DNA from: Azolla caroliniana
Lineage: Eukaryota; Plantae; Polypodiophyta
Assembly (NCBI GenBank): GCA_043228905.1
Contig: JBHGNT010000013.1
Location: 9,114,001 to 9,178,000, forward strand
Reading direction: 5' to 3'
Length of the DNA stretch: 64,000 nt
Positions 11,052 through 22,765 of the stretch are shown here, piece by piece (the stretch's first letter is position 1; every line of letters begins with the position of its first letter). The notes under the pieces are model-generated. The model did no database searches. It was given only the letters and a program-made list of their open reading frames with translations, and was not told the origin of the DNA. The translations under genes were made by a program, and so were the position numbers.

Positions 11052-11508
11052 TGTTGTCCAGAGGATAGAAATGTAAAATTAGGAAATTAGCAAATGTCGA
11101 GTCCGAGTATCACGGGCCACCGACGGCTCGGCTGTGTATTAGGGGAAAAGTTATTTAAACGAGGACCAGTACCTCAGAGGAAAAAAAGAAGAAAATATCG
11201 GCGGAATCCCTAGCTGAGGCCCTCGTAACTAGATAATCTTGTAAGGTCACCAGCCGTAGGCCGTGTTCTGTAATCTTTTTCTGTCGCAGTAATATATCTG
11301 AATTGTGCCCAGTTTGTTCCATGTGTTTGTGCTTTGATTCATACCTATGATTTCAGCGCCGCCCACGCCTATCAAGACCTCGCTAGTGTTTTCTCTCTGA
11401 GCACTGTCTCTCTCTCGACGCCTCTGTTATGAGCCTTCACGTACCACGCCCTTGAATACCAATAGCCGCAGATCTATCGAAGGTGTTCACCCAAAGGAAC
11501 GGGTAACA
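11052..11508 (+). repeat. 3' LTR (457 bp) of the Gypsy element, not homologous to the LTR at 2149
   Basis: TGTTGTCC...CGGGTAACA, TATTTAAA near 11152. It ends exactly where the interrupted host repeat (TCAATCTTAATG...) resumes. Confidence 0.75.
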
Positions 11509-12664
11509 TCAATCTTAATGATAATTAGTAATAGCTTTGCTCTTAATCACTCTCACTCTCTCTCTCTCTCTTAACATCTTAGTAACATTTGTTTTAGTCT
11601 TTTTAATTAATACTTAATGACTAGCCCTCTCTCCCTTTCTCATTATATTTTTAGATATTTTAGTTATATTTAAGTTTTAATCCCTATATTAATTTAAGTT
11701 ATCAAGGTTTTATATATATATATATATATATCATGCTCGCATGCTCTCTAAGATGTGCACTGATGATACACCATTCACACTCCTTGTCGACGATTGTATG
11801 ATCAACAAAACTCATGATCCTGCATTTTCTATGGAGGCCCACGTATCGGGGATAGGCACCCACGGCGAGATAGCATCGTCAACCACCGAGCCCTCGTTCG
11901 TGCCGAGTGCCCCCACAAAACGTTACGTGGCATTGCAATGGCGTCATCGACTTGTCTCTCATATCCTCTCACATAACAAGCTATCAACACCCTACCTTAC
12001 TTTTCGCACATCATTATGTTGTAAGCATGGGACTACATTCGGTAGCCATGCATTTGCCATTTCTTATCCCTCTTTCATTGTATATGTTCAGGACTACATT
12101 TGGTAGCCGACATTATTTTCATTTTTTATTTCAAACCCTAAACTAAATCGCCAATCACGATGCTTGTCACCCACATCCCTACATTTGCACTCACTCCTTG
12201 TTAGATTTTTCATATTTTTAACCCTACCCCTCCCATACTTTCTCCTATTTCCGGCCCTACCCCTCCTACGTTCTCCTAATTTAAGCCCTACCCCTTCCCC
12301 TACTTTTTTATATTTTTAGTCATACCTCTCTCCTACACTTTTATTAAAAACCTAATCTTTAGATTATATTTACCCACTACCCCTCTCATCGATTTCCATA
12401 TACTTTAACTTTTCCCCTCCAATTAACTTTTCTTCCTTTAGTAGCTTTCCTTGCTTTCCTTTTATTTGTAGTTTCTATCCTCACCCATATTTTACCATTT
12501 TTTATTTTTTATTTTTTATTTTTCCTACCCTTCTCTCTTTTCTCTCCATAACACTCTTCTCCTTCTTTATTCCCCTCTCTCTTTGAATTATTGGTTACCC
12601 CATATATTTCTTCTTCTCTCTCTGTCTTACCTCTCTCTCTTTCTTAAATTCATATCCTCTTTTG

Positions 12665-12700
<36 letters not shown>

Positions 12701-13163
12701 ACCTCTACCCCTCCCTTTACTTTTTAATTACCACCCTAACCTTAACCCTCCCTAGCTCACACCAAGTGTATCAAACGGTTTGGGTGCACTCAAATCGTTC
12801 TTGGTGAACTTTTTGTTTCACCCCAACTTTGTCAATTTACCCCCTACCCTCCCTAACCTTCCTAAATTACTTTTCCTAAATACCCTATATTACCCTCCTA
12901 CCCTTTCTACCCCTCCTCCAACTTTTATCTATTACCACCCTACCCCTCCCCTAACCCCTCCCCCCCCCCCCCTCCCCTAACTTTTTACATTTCATATCCT
13001 AACTATCTCTTTTCTTCTTATCCCTCCTTAACATTATAGCCTCTTTTTCCTTTTACATAAACCTCCCCCTTGTCACATTAAAGCTCATAATATCCTTTTC
13101 CTTCTTCTCCAAATCTTCCCCTTTTCAAATCACATCCCTAATCACACACCCCCACTCCCTATT

Positions 13164-13735
13164 TGACAGGAACTACGCGGAATATTACTCGGCTACAACC
13201 GAATGTCAAATCGTGTCGTTTGGAATCAACCATCGAGAATGGGAATGGAGGTGAATACACGTACATACACAGATGATCTGAGAGAGGGTACACAGTATGT
13301 TAGCATGGAAAACCCTGAGAGGGAAAAACCACGGGAGCCCACAGACTCCAAACTATCACTATGTCAGGGAATACAATAGGGAGCACAGAGGCAACGACCT
13401 CTTGCTCTCAACCTTCGCATGGTAGTGGTTACAACAGAGACACACTCTCTGTCGCTCTCTCTCTCTCTGTGTTACACTCTGTACAGCAGTTACACCAATA
13501 ACTCTATACAAAATAATGACAACACACACTTAAAGTGTTTAGCCTAGGTCATATTTATAGTAATCTGAAACTAGGACTATTTACAGATATAGCCTCAATG
13601 GGCTCTTAGAAACATATTTACCTATATGTCCCTTCATTCGGTGAGAGCTTCTCACTGGGCCTTCATCATCCGGTTCTCACCAGGTCTTCCTTACCAAGTA
13701 CTCATATCCCATCCGGAGGGATTGAAATCCTAACA
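13164..13735 (-). mobile_element. Ty1/Copia solo LTR (572 bp) with 5-bp TSD CTATT
   Basis: TGACA...TAACA, CTATT at 13159-13163 and 13736-13740. Homologous to the LTR at 18309-18885. Confidence 0.9.
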
Positions 13736-13797
13736 CTATTGTCATTTCTCTAAACCGTCTCCTAAAACTCCTTATATAAACCTATCCACCCCTAATG

Positions 13798-13841
13798 GTC
13801 ACTGATGAGGCCGTAGTGGGCGAAACTAGTTTGCTAATGAC
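13798..13841 (+). ncRNA. Type-I hammerhead ribozyme motif, damaged copy
   Basis: CTGATGA-GGCC-GTAGT-GGGC-GAAA-CTAG-TT-TGCTAA. It lacks the 8 nt TTTTAGCA that form the 5' strand of stem I in the other copy and has a stem II mismatch. Confidence 0.65.
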
Positions 13842-13899
13842 AATATCCCCATGTAATTTCTTTTTCAATCTTAATGATAATTAGTAATAGCTTTGCTCT

Positions 13900-13938
<39 letters not shown>

Positions 13939-14177
13939 CATGTTAGTAATATTTGTTTTAGTCTTTTTAATTAATACTTAATGACTAGCCCTCTCACCCT
14001 TTCTCATTATATTTTTAGATATTTTAGTTATATTTAAGTTTTAATCCCTATATTAATTTAAGGTATCAAGTTTTAATATCTCTCTCTCTCTCTCTCATGC
14101 TCTCATGCTCTCTAAGCCGTGCACCGATGATACACCATTCCAGCTCCTTGTCGACGATCGTATGATCAACAAAACTC

Positions 14178-17100
14178 TTCCGGTTCTCACCGGGTCCACT
14201 TCATTCATAATCGGATCCCATTCGGAGGGACCGATTTCCCAACAATCTCCGCCTTCACTCAAGCATGGGATGTCTGGCTAGCCTGATCCGCTTTCGGCAC
14301 GCGTCCAACTTGTCGGTTGTCAACCCCTTGGTCAGCATATCCAACCCGTTCTCGTCCGTGTGGATCTTCGTCAGCACGAACTCTCGATCTTCTACTCGCT
14401 CCCATATCTAGTGGTACCTCCGCTTGATGTGCTTCGTCTTGGAATGATATGCCGTGTTCCTCGCAAGGTGGATGACACTTTGATTGTCGCAATGGAGCTG
14501 GTATTCCTCTTGCCGGATCCCTAGCTCTTTGATGAAGTCCTTCATCCACAATATTTCCTTGCAGGCTTCCACGGCTGCCATGTACTCCGCCTCTGTGGTT
14601 GACAACGCAACCGTCTTCTGCCGCCTCGACTGCCACGAAACAGCTCCCCCTACATATGTCATAACATATCCCGATGTTGATGGGCTGGTATCCACATCAA
14701 CCGACATATCTGAATCGGTGAAACTGTCAAGTTGGGGTTTACCGGAGCCGAATCAGAGACACATACCTGAGGTGCCTTTCAAGTATCGGAGTATGCATTT
14801 TACCGCATTCCATTGCTCCTTGCTGGAATTGCTTATAAACCGGCTCACCACTCCGACTGCGTATCTGATATCTGGTCGGGTACACACCATTGCGTACATT
14901 AAGCTCCTGACGGCAGAGGCATATGGTGTTTTCATCATATCCGCCTTCTCTACTTTCGTCTTCGTGCTTTGCTTACCAGATAGCTTGCAGCTTGCTGGGA
15001 GTGTTGATCCAACTGGTTTTGTGTCTGACATGTTGAACTGCTGAAGCACCTTTGTCACCTATCTCTCTTGTGACGGCCACAATTGCTTCTTTGACCAGTT
15101 CTGGATGATATGCATCCCCAGTATCTGTCTTGTCGGACCCAAGTCTTTCATTGAGAAGGTCTAGTTCAGAGCCTTCTTCAGCATTCGTATCTTGACTTGG
15201 TCTCGTCTGACGATCAACATGTCATCCACGTACAAGAGGAGTATCAGGAAGTCTCCACCTTCGAACTTCTTCACAAATACGCAGTGATCAACCTGCGTCA
15301 TGTGGTACCCTTGATCGGTCATGAAGGATTCAAACTTCCGGTACCATTGCCGGGGAGCCTGCTTCAAACTATACAGGCTCTTCTTCAACCGGCAAACCAG
15401 GTGCTCCTTCCCTTTCTTCACAAATCCCTCCGGTTGCTGCATGTAGATCTCCTCTTTGAGGTCGCCGTGGAGGAACGTCGTTTTCACGTCTAACTACTCT
15501 ACCTCGAGGTCCATGCTTGCCGCTATGCTCAACACCGTCTGGATGGAAATCATCTTTACTATCAGGGCAAATATCTCATCAAAGTCCACGCCCTTCTTCT
15601 ACTGGAACCCCTTCACCATGATCCTAGCTTTGTATCTTGGGGGGCTGCTGACATCTCACAGTTTCAGCTTGTACACCCACTTGTTTCGGAGTGCCCTCTT
15701 TCTTTTCGACGACTCCACCAATTCATACGTGTGGTTCTCATGCAGGGAATCCATCTCATCCTGCATGGCACTCAACCACTTGCGGCTGTGGGTGTCTCTC
15801 TTAGCTTCTTCGAAGCTTTCCGGCTCCCCCTCATCGGTTAGCAACATGCGCTCTGGATCCAGAAATCTCTGGGGTCCGGCTCTTCTCTCTCTGAGAGGAT
15901 ATCTACGTCTTTGGTTTCCGGCAACCAGCTCCTCTGTTTGTTCTTCCTCTGAATCCGATTCAGGGTCTTGGCCAGTTCCGATTTCAGCTTCCTCTTCTTC
16001 TTCTTCTGCCGGTTCGGTATCCTCACCGTAATCGGCTGGTTCTTCGAGTGTCAACCGGCTCTTAGCCGGGTAGGTCCGTATCTCATTGAACCGATCCTTA
16101 CCAATCGACTCAGAGTTCATTATCTTCTTCTCCGACTCCCAGTCGGCAAGGGTCTTGTCCTCCATGAAGATAATATCTCGACTCTGGAAAACCTTCTTGT
16201 CGACCGGTTCCCACACTCGGTAGCCGAACTCATCATCGTCGTATCCGAGGAATATACAAGGCCGGGACTTTGGATCCAACTTAGCTCTCCAGTCATTTGC
16301 AACATGCACGTAACCGAGACACCCGAACACCTTCAGATGCCGGTAAGACACTTCCTTTCCGGTCCACACTCTCTGCGGTGTGTCTCCGTCCAAGGGCACT
16401 AAGGGTGATCTGTTTGTCATGTACGTCGTTGTTGCTAGCGCCTCAGCCCAAAACGACTTGGGTAACCTTGCATGTGCCAACATGTTCCGGACCCTCTCCA
16501 TTATGGTCCGGCTCATCCTCTCGACCAACCCGTTTAGTTCTGGCATCTTCGGCACGGTAAATTTGAGCTGGATTCCCTTTGAGCGGCAATACTGCTCGAA
16601 CTGCCCCCGGTATTCTCCTCCATTATCTGCTTGAACCGCCTTCTGCTTCCGGCCGGTTTCTCTTTCCACTCTTGTGTGGAGCTCCTTGAAGACGGATAAT
16701 ACCTGATCCTTCATCTTCAATGGTGTGGCCCACAGCTTCCGGCTGGGGTCATCTATGAACGTCACGAAGTACTGCGCTCCGGCGTGTGACTTCGTGTCCA
16801 CTTGACACACATCGGTATGCACCAGCTCCAATGGTGCATTATGTCTCATCGGTGGCCTTGAGTGGAAGGAGGTTCGGTTTTGCTTACCGGCCAGGTAGTT
16901 GGTGCACCTCTCAAGGTGCACGTCTTTCACTGGAATGACGTTGTCATCATCTCGCCTCTTCATCCCCTTCTCGCTCATGTGACACAATCTCTTGTGCCAC
17001 AACTCACCGGTAGTGTCAAATGCAACGTTCACTTCTTCCCAGCATAACCAGGCATTCATCAGGTACAGTGTGTTGACTTTCCGGGCCCTAGTAACTATTA

Positions 17101-18885
17101 GGCTCCCTTTGATAAACTTCATGACTCCGTTCCGGATGCTACCCATGTAGCCTTCATCGTCTAGCCTATCGGCTGATATTAGGTTCAGTCGAACCTCCGG
17201 AACGTGTCGGACATCCTTCAGCAGCAACTTGCATCCGGTTGGTGTTGACAGCCACACATCTCCTATGCCGACAATTCGACATGTACCTTCATTTCCCATC
17301 CGGACATAGTCATGCTCACTGACTATGTAGGATGAGAAGCATTTCCGGTCCGGGGTTAGGTGGAACGACGCTCCGGAATCGACAACCCACGTTGTCTCAT
17401 CACCGGCATGGTTCAACTCACTCTCCTCAGTGATCACTTATTGCGATTGCCGTCATTCCCTTCCGATCCGGTCTTTACCATTCCGGTCCGGTTACCGCTT
17501 CGAATCGGTACTGTCGGTTTCCTTTTCTTTTCGGAAATGCCGACAATTCTTCTGGAAGTGCCCCGGCTTGCTGCAATAGAAGCAAGTGGGCCTCCCCCTT
17601 GACTTTGACTGTGTCCCCGACTTTTCCCGGTTCTGGGGACTCCGATTCCTTTGTCTTCCGCTTTCCAATTCAGTAAGGAGCGCTTTGGGGTTGGGGATCA
17701 CCTCCTTGTCTTTCCGATGCGCCTCCTCATCTAGCAAGGTCGACTTGACTCTTGCTAGGGATAGATGCTGTCCTTCCGGTCTGGCGTTGCCCAAAGTGAC
17801 AACTAACATCTCCTAGCTATCCGGGACGGAACTGAGCAGGAGTAATGCTAGTACCTCATTGGTGAGAGGTACTTCCAACGATGTTGCCTGGTGTATCAGC
17901 CCCTAGAAGGCATTCATGTGCTCTGCCATACTGGAGCCATCTTGGTATCGGAGTCTTACTAGTTTCCGAAATACTGAAACCTGATTAACAACATTTTTGT
18001 TCTGAAACATAATGCCGATCTTCTCCCAGAGCTCACGAGCCTTGCTCTCTTCATTGAAGTTGTTGTACAGGCTCATGTTGATGAAGCACCGTATGTACGT
18101 CATTCTCTTCATGTGCATCACCTCCCATATCGTGGCATCAATCTTGTCCGGTCTCTTGTCCCCGAACTAAACCGGCAACCAAAGATCTTTAACCACGAGC
18201 ATGACCCTCATCTTCGACTTCCACACTGAGTAGTTGGAGCTGGTGAGCTTGAACATGCCTGCCAACGAATCTTGCATTTTTCTGTGTCGTTTCACTTTGA
18301 TACTAGATTGACATGAACTATGCGGAATATTACTCGGCCTCAACCGAGTCTCAGATCGTGTCATTTGGAATCGAACACCGAGAATGGGAATGGAGGTGAA
18401 TACAGGCACACACACAGACGATATGAGAGAGGGTACACAGTATGTTAACGTAGAAAACCTTGAGAGGGAAAAACCACGGGATCCCACAGACTCCAAACTA
18501 TCACTACGTCAACGAATACAACAGGGAGCACAAAGGCAACAACCTCTTGCTCTCAACCTTCGCCTAGCTGCGTTTACAGCAAATACACACTCTCTGTATC
18601 GCGCTCTCTCTCTCTCTCTCTGTTAAACTCTGTACAGCAGTTACACCAACAACTCTATACAAAATAATGACAACACACACTTAAGTGTTTGCCCTAGGTC
18701 ATATTTATACTAATATGACGTTCGGACTATTTACAGATATAACCTTAATGGGCTCTCAGAAACATATTTACCTATATCTCCCTTCATCTGGTGAGAGCTT
18801 CTCATCGGGCCTTCATCATCCGGTTCTCACCGGGTCTTCCTTACCGAGTATTCATATCCCATTCGGAGGGACTGAAATCCTAACA
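14178..18885 (-). mobile_element. Ty1/Copia retrotransposon (Tork/Tnt1-like): 5' LTR 18309-18885, truncated 3' LTR 14178-14244
   Basis: Degenerate tRNA-iMet PBS (TAGTATCAAAGT on the minus strand, 18294-18305), PPT AGTGAAGGCGGAGAT next to TGTTG at 14244, and Copia domain order. Confidence 0.92.
14255..18277 (-). pseudogene. Copia gag-pol polyprotein (gag, Zn knuckle, protease, integrase, RT, RNase H) with stops
   Basis: NYSVWKSKM; CFYCSKPGHFQKNC; WVVDSGASFH; LWHKRLCHMS; LVHTDVC; ADNGGEY; [15 protein letters not shown]; LLLYVDDML; VALSTTEAEY; KTKHIKRRYH. Confidence 0.95.
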
Positions 18886-18947
18886 CTATTGTCATTTCTC
18901 TAAACCCTCTCCTAAAACTCCTTATATAAACCTATCCACCCCTAATG

Positions 18948-18999
18948 GTCATTTTAGCACTGATGAGCCCGTAGTGGGCGAAACTAGTTTGCTGATGAC
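18948..18999 (+). ncRNA. Minimal type-I hammerhead ribozyme (Penelope-type, palindromic stem III)
   Basis: Stem I GTCA-tt-TTAGCA / TGCTGA-TGAC; core CTGATGA (18960-18966); stem II GCCC-GTAGT-GGGC; GAAA (18980-18983); stem III palindrome ACTAGT; cleavage triplet GUU (after 18989). Confidence 0.85.
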
Positions 19000-19060
19000 A
19001 ATATCCCCATGTAATTTCTTTTTCAATCTTAATGATAATTAGTAATAGCTTTGCTCTTAA

Positions 19061-19092
<32 letters not shown>

Positions 19093-19329
19093 TGTTAGTA
19101 ATATTTGTTTTAGTCTTTTTAATTAATACTTAATGACTAGCCCTCTCTCCCTTTCTCATTATATTTTTAGATATTTTAGTTATATTTAAGTTTTAATCCC
19201 TATATTAATTTAAGTTATCAAGTTTTAATATCTCGCTCTCTCTCTCTCATGCTCTCATGCTCTCTAAGCCGTGCACCGATGATACACCATTCCCACTCCT
19301 TGTCAACGATTGTATGATCGACAAAACTC

Positions 19330-19549
19330 TTCCGATTCTCACCGGGTCCAGTTCATCCATAATCGGATCCCATCCGGAGGGACCGATTTCCCAACAATCT
19401 CCCCCTTCACTCAAGCATGGGATGTCTCGCCAACCCGATCCGCTTTTGGCACTCGTCCAGTTTGTCGGTTGTGAACACCTTGGTTAGCATATCTGTCCCA
19501 TTCTCCTCTGTGTGGATCTTCATCAGCACAAACTCTTGATCTTCTACTA
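19330..19549 (-). mobile_element. Second Copia 3'-end fragment (RNase H end, PPT, 67-bp LTR stub)
   Basis: Homologous to 14178-14397, with the same junction to the flanking repeat (AAAACTC|TTCCG). PPT AGTGAAGGGGGAGAT. Confidence 0.85.
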
Positions 19550-19683
19550 TCAGGAGTAGTACTAAGACAGAAAAGTACTGTCAAGAACAATACTAAAATA
19601 GAGAAGGAATTAGTACTAAAAGATGAGGATTAGTACTAAGGGAGGTGTAGAACTCTCGAGAGAAGGAGAGAGTGAGTGTGAGA

Positions 19684-22600
19684 GATAGATAGATAGATAG
19701 ATAGATAGATAAATAGATTATATTATCGTCTTCGAAGGTCAAATTTTACCTGTGAGACCAAAAAATATTACATTTCAAGTGATACGTGTGAAAGTGAGTA
19801 GTGACTCTCGATGTTCAAGAACTTTACCAATGAATGTTACAATCACGAGTGCACATTGTGGTTGTGAGAGGAATTCATGCAAAGATTGGGCTCGATCGAA
19901 GAGATGTGGAAAGCATGGTCGAATATGATCAAAGGCAGAGCATTGTATCAAACTGTGATTAACAATCGGCAATGGTTCGGTTCGGTTTGAGAGGGTCCAA
20001 ACCGAACCGTTTTAAATTTGTGAAACCTGAACCAAACTGCGAAACCATTAAACCGAACCGTTCAACATTTTTTAAACCTTAAAAACCGCGGTTTCATGAT
20101 TCAGTTTTGGTTTTCAACATAGGTCAAATTTATAATTTTTTAAAATTTATAATATTTCATTGTTTATAATTTTTAGAATTTTTAAGATGTTCCTAAAATG
20201 TGAGAATAATGTGTAAAAATGAAAAGATTGTTAAAAAACAATTTAAAATTTTATTTTTTTTAAATTTTAAAAAAATTAAAAAATAGAAACTGTTAAACCG
20301 TTAAAACCACGGTTTTTTAATGTTGAAACCAAACTGGAACCGAACCGAACCGTTGAAACCGTTAAGCCGTTAAACCGCGGTTTCGCGGTTCGGTTCAGTT
20401 CAAACCCAACCGTTGCCGATTGTTAAGTGTGATACTCAGATTCACAAACTTGTTTAGGGCAAAGTGTGCATAGCCGACCACTCTCATCACTTGTGCCCCG
20501 ACGCCCTGTTTCACATCGCAATGCATGTGAGCTAAGTCGCATGGAAGCAATGGTTCGAATGGCAGATAATGGTATGGGCTCTAACATGTATCAATGTGTA
20601 CGATTTCCTCGTTCCGCAAAGAATATGGTTTTGTAGTTAGCTGCAAGATGTGAAGTATAATGTGTGAAGCGTGAGCCTCCACATTTGTCCCACGTCATGA
20701 TACATTGGCATTGCAAGAAGGCCTCATTTACAGAGGAATCTAATGATGCATCATCAAGCAAGTGTCTCGCATCCCATCAACCAAACCATTTTTCTATACC
20801 TTGCATCCAACCGGAACACAAAAATTTGCTTTTATGCGTCTTTTGGATCTTTTTGCTTGCTTCCCACGCAATTCTAGGAAGTCGATGTGAGGGACTTTTT
20901 TGAACCTTAAGCATGTATTCAACAACCCTTTCCATGGCCATGATCTCAATGGGAAGCGATCCCGTCTCAAGGAGGAGGGTGTAGGGCGTTTGTTTCTTAA
21001 CTTGTAGAAACTTTGTAAGAAAATGTTTTTCGACATTTTCAAACTCTTTCCACATAGATTTCGGGATGCTTCCACCCCATACTTCCACCCCATAGAGAAG
21101 AACTGGTGTCACCAAAGTGTCGAAAAGATATTTCTTGAGGACCCAACACTTAATATCTCCAAGATTGGATGTGTTCTCAAATGCATAGTATGCTCGCTTA
21201 GCCGCCTCTAAGCGGCGTGTAGCACATTCATTCCATCTATGATTTGAATGAACTTCAAGGCCAAGATATTTGAAGCTTTCCACACATTCAAGTGGCTCAT
21301 TGTTGTACATAATGCATGGTTTATCTCTTTGTCAGCTCTTCACAAGAATAATCTTTGTTTTAGAGCTATTGATACTTAATTTAGTATGCATGCAAAATTT
21401 TTCCAATGCCTTCATAAGCTTTTGTGCATTTCCTAAAGTATTTGCAGAAAGCACTACATCATCTGCATATAGCAAAAGCATAATCACAACATTCCCAATG
21501 GCAACTTCTTCAACACATTCTTCCTTTGCAAACTTGGTAACCATTTCTTCCAATTCATCAATGCATAGACCAAATAGTGTTGGTGAGAGTGTGCATCCTT
21601 GCTTAACACGAATAGTGCTTTTGAAAAAGTCTGAAAGTTTATCTCTCATGCGCACACAACATATAACCTTCTCATAAATTCAGGAAATTGCAAGCATATA
21701 TTCACTTGGCACCTCAAGTTCTTCCATTCGCCTCCAAAGATGCTCACGAGGTACCATATCAAAAGCCTTCTTGAAGTCTACAAAGCAACAATATAAACCT
21801 TTACCCCTAAGGCGACTTTCCTCCATTAATACTCGAAGGGTGATAAGGTGATCAATGCTGCTATGGTGTTTCCGAAAGCCAGCTTGTCCATAAGCTCTCT
21901 TACCATTTTTTTCGCCCATACACTTATCTTTGATTCCATTATACATCCAAATAGTTTTGCCATTAATGAGCCAACCATGATGCTTCAATAGTTGTTTACA
22001 TTATTTATATCTCCACCTTTACCTTTGTAGTCCAATTGTACGGTATACCATGTTGCAATGCATCATTAAACATATCACTTATCCATATATGTGCTTCCTT
22101 TCCCGTCCATTTGAGCATTTCAGCCTTTATACATTGAAGATTGCTTGCCTTTCGAGAGGCCAATTTCTTAAGTCCTATGCATATATCTTCAATTGTAAAG
22201 AAGGGAGGCATATGTGAAAGAGAACCATAACACATCATCTTTCCGGCAAGAGATAACTCATATAAATTCTTACAATGCATAGACAAGTTGTGAAGAGTTA
22301 AGTCACCATAACTCTCAACACGTTTCCCCTTTAGATTTCCCCAAAATTTTGCACGTGCACGTGCTTTCTCTTGTGTTTGGATAAATTGTTGAGTAACTTC
22401 CCATATTCTTCTCTTTCTTTGAATAAGCCTTTTATACTCATGCAAATGCTTCTGGTACAAACAAATGCATTTACATATCCTCTTGCATCCTTGAGATATG
22501 TGGCATGAAAGATTCTTGTGAATCAAGTTGGAAACTTCTTGTACGAGCATTCATGTCACCAAACACAATAACTTCCCCTTTGGATTTGAAATAAGCAATA

Positions 22601-22765
22601 TCATCTTCTAGATTGGCAAACGGTTGATCTTTATCCAAACAAGCATAAAAGTTAGAATCTTGATGAGCAATGTAACATCCAACTACAAAAGTGGGCAAAT
22701 CATTAGGTGTTTCTATTTTAAGCCATATGTAGCATTTATGTTCATCAATAAAGCATATCAATAAA
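19684..22765 (-). mobile_element. 5'-truncated non-LTR retrotransposon (LINE, RTEX-like) with (ATCT)n 3' tail
   Basis: APE endonuclease VGCYIAH...VFGDMNART; RT QAGFR, FVDFKKAFD, KQGCTLSPTLF, LLYADD, FKYLG; C-terminal RLSSHALRCETGR and RLCTLC...ESEYH...QC Zn finger; stop at 19775; (GATA)n at 19684-19718. Confidence 0.88.
19960..20425. mobile_element. hAT-type MITE inserted in the LINE Zn finger
   Basis: TIRs TAACAATCGGCAATGGTT / AACCGTTGCCGATTGTTA, 8-bp TSD ACTGTGAT/AGTGTGAT (7 of 8), subterminal AACCG repeats, AT-rich core. Confidence 0.88.

Larger units (their letters stand above)
11509..14177 (+). repeat. Non-coding ~1.78-kb repeat (Penelope pLTR/retrozyme-like), interrupted by a Copia solo LTR
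   Basis: Segment 11509-11810 recurs at 13865-14177 and 19023-19329. Period is about 1779 bp after removing the solo LTR and TSD. Contains a hammerhead core, CT/TA microsatellites and a C/T-rich tract at 12200-13160. Confidence 0.65.

Noticed and set aside
11757-11800. CTGATGA suggesting another hammerhead or a C/D box
   Set aside because: No stem II or GAAA follows, and the other two copies read CCGATGA.
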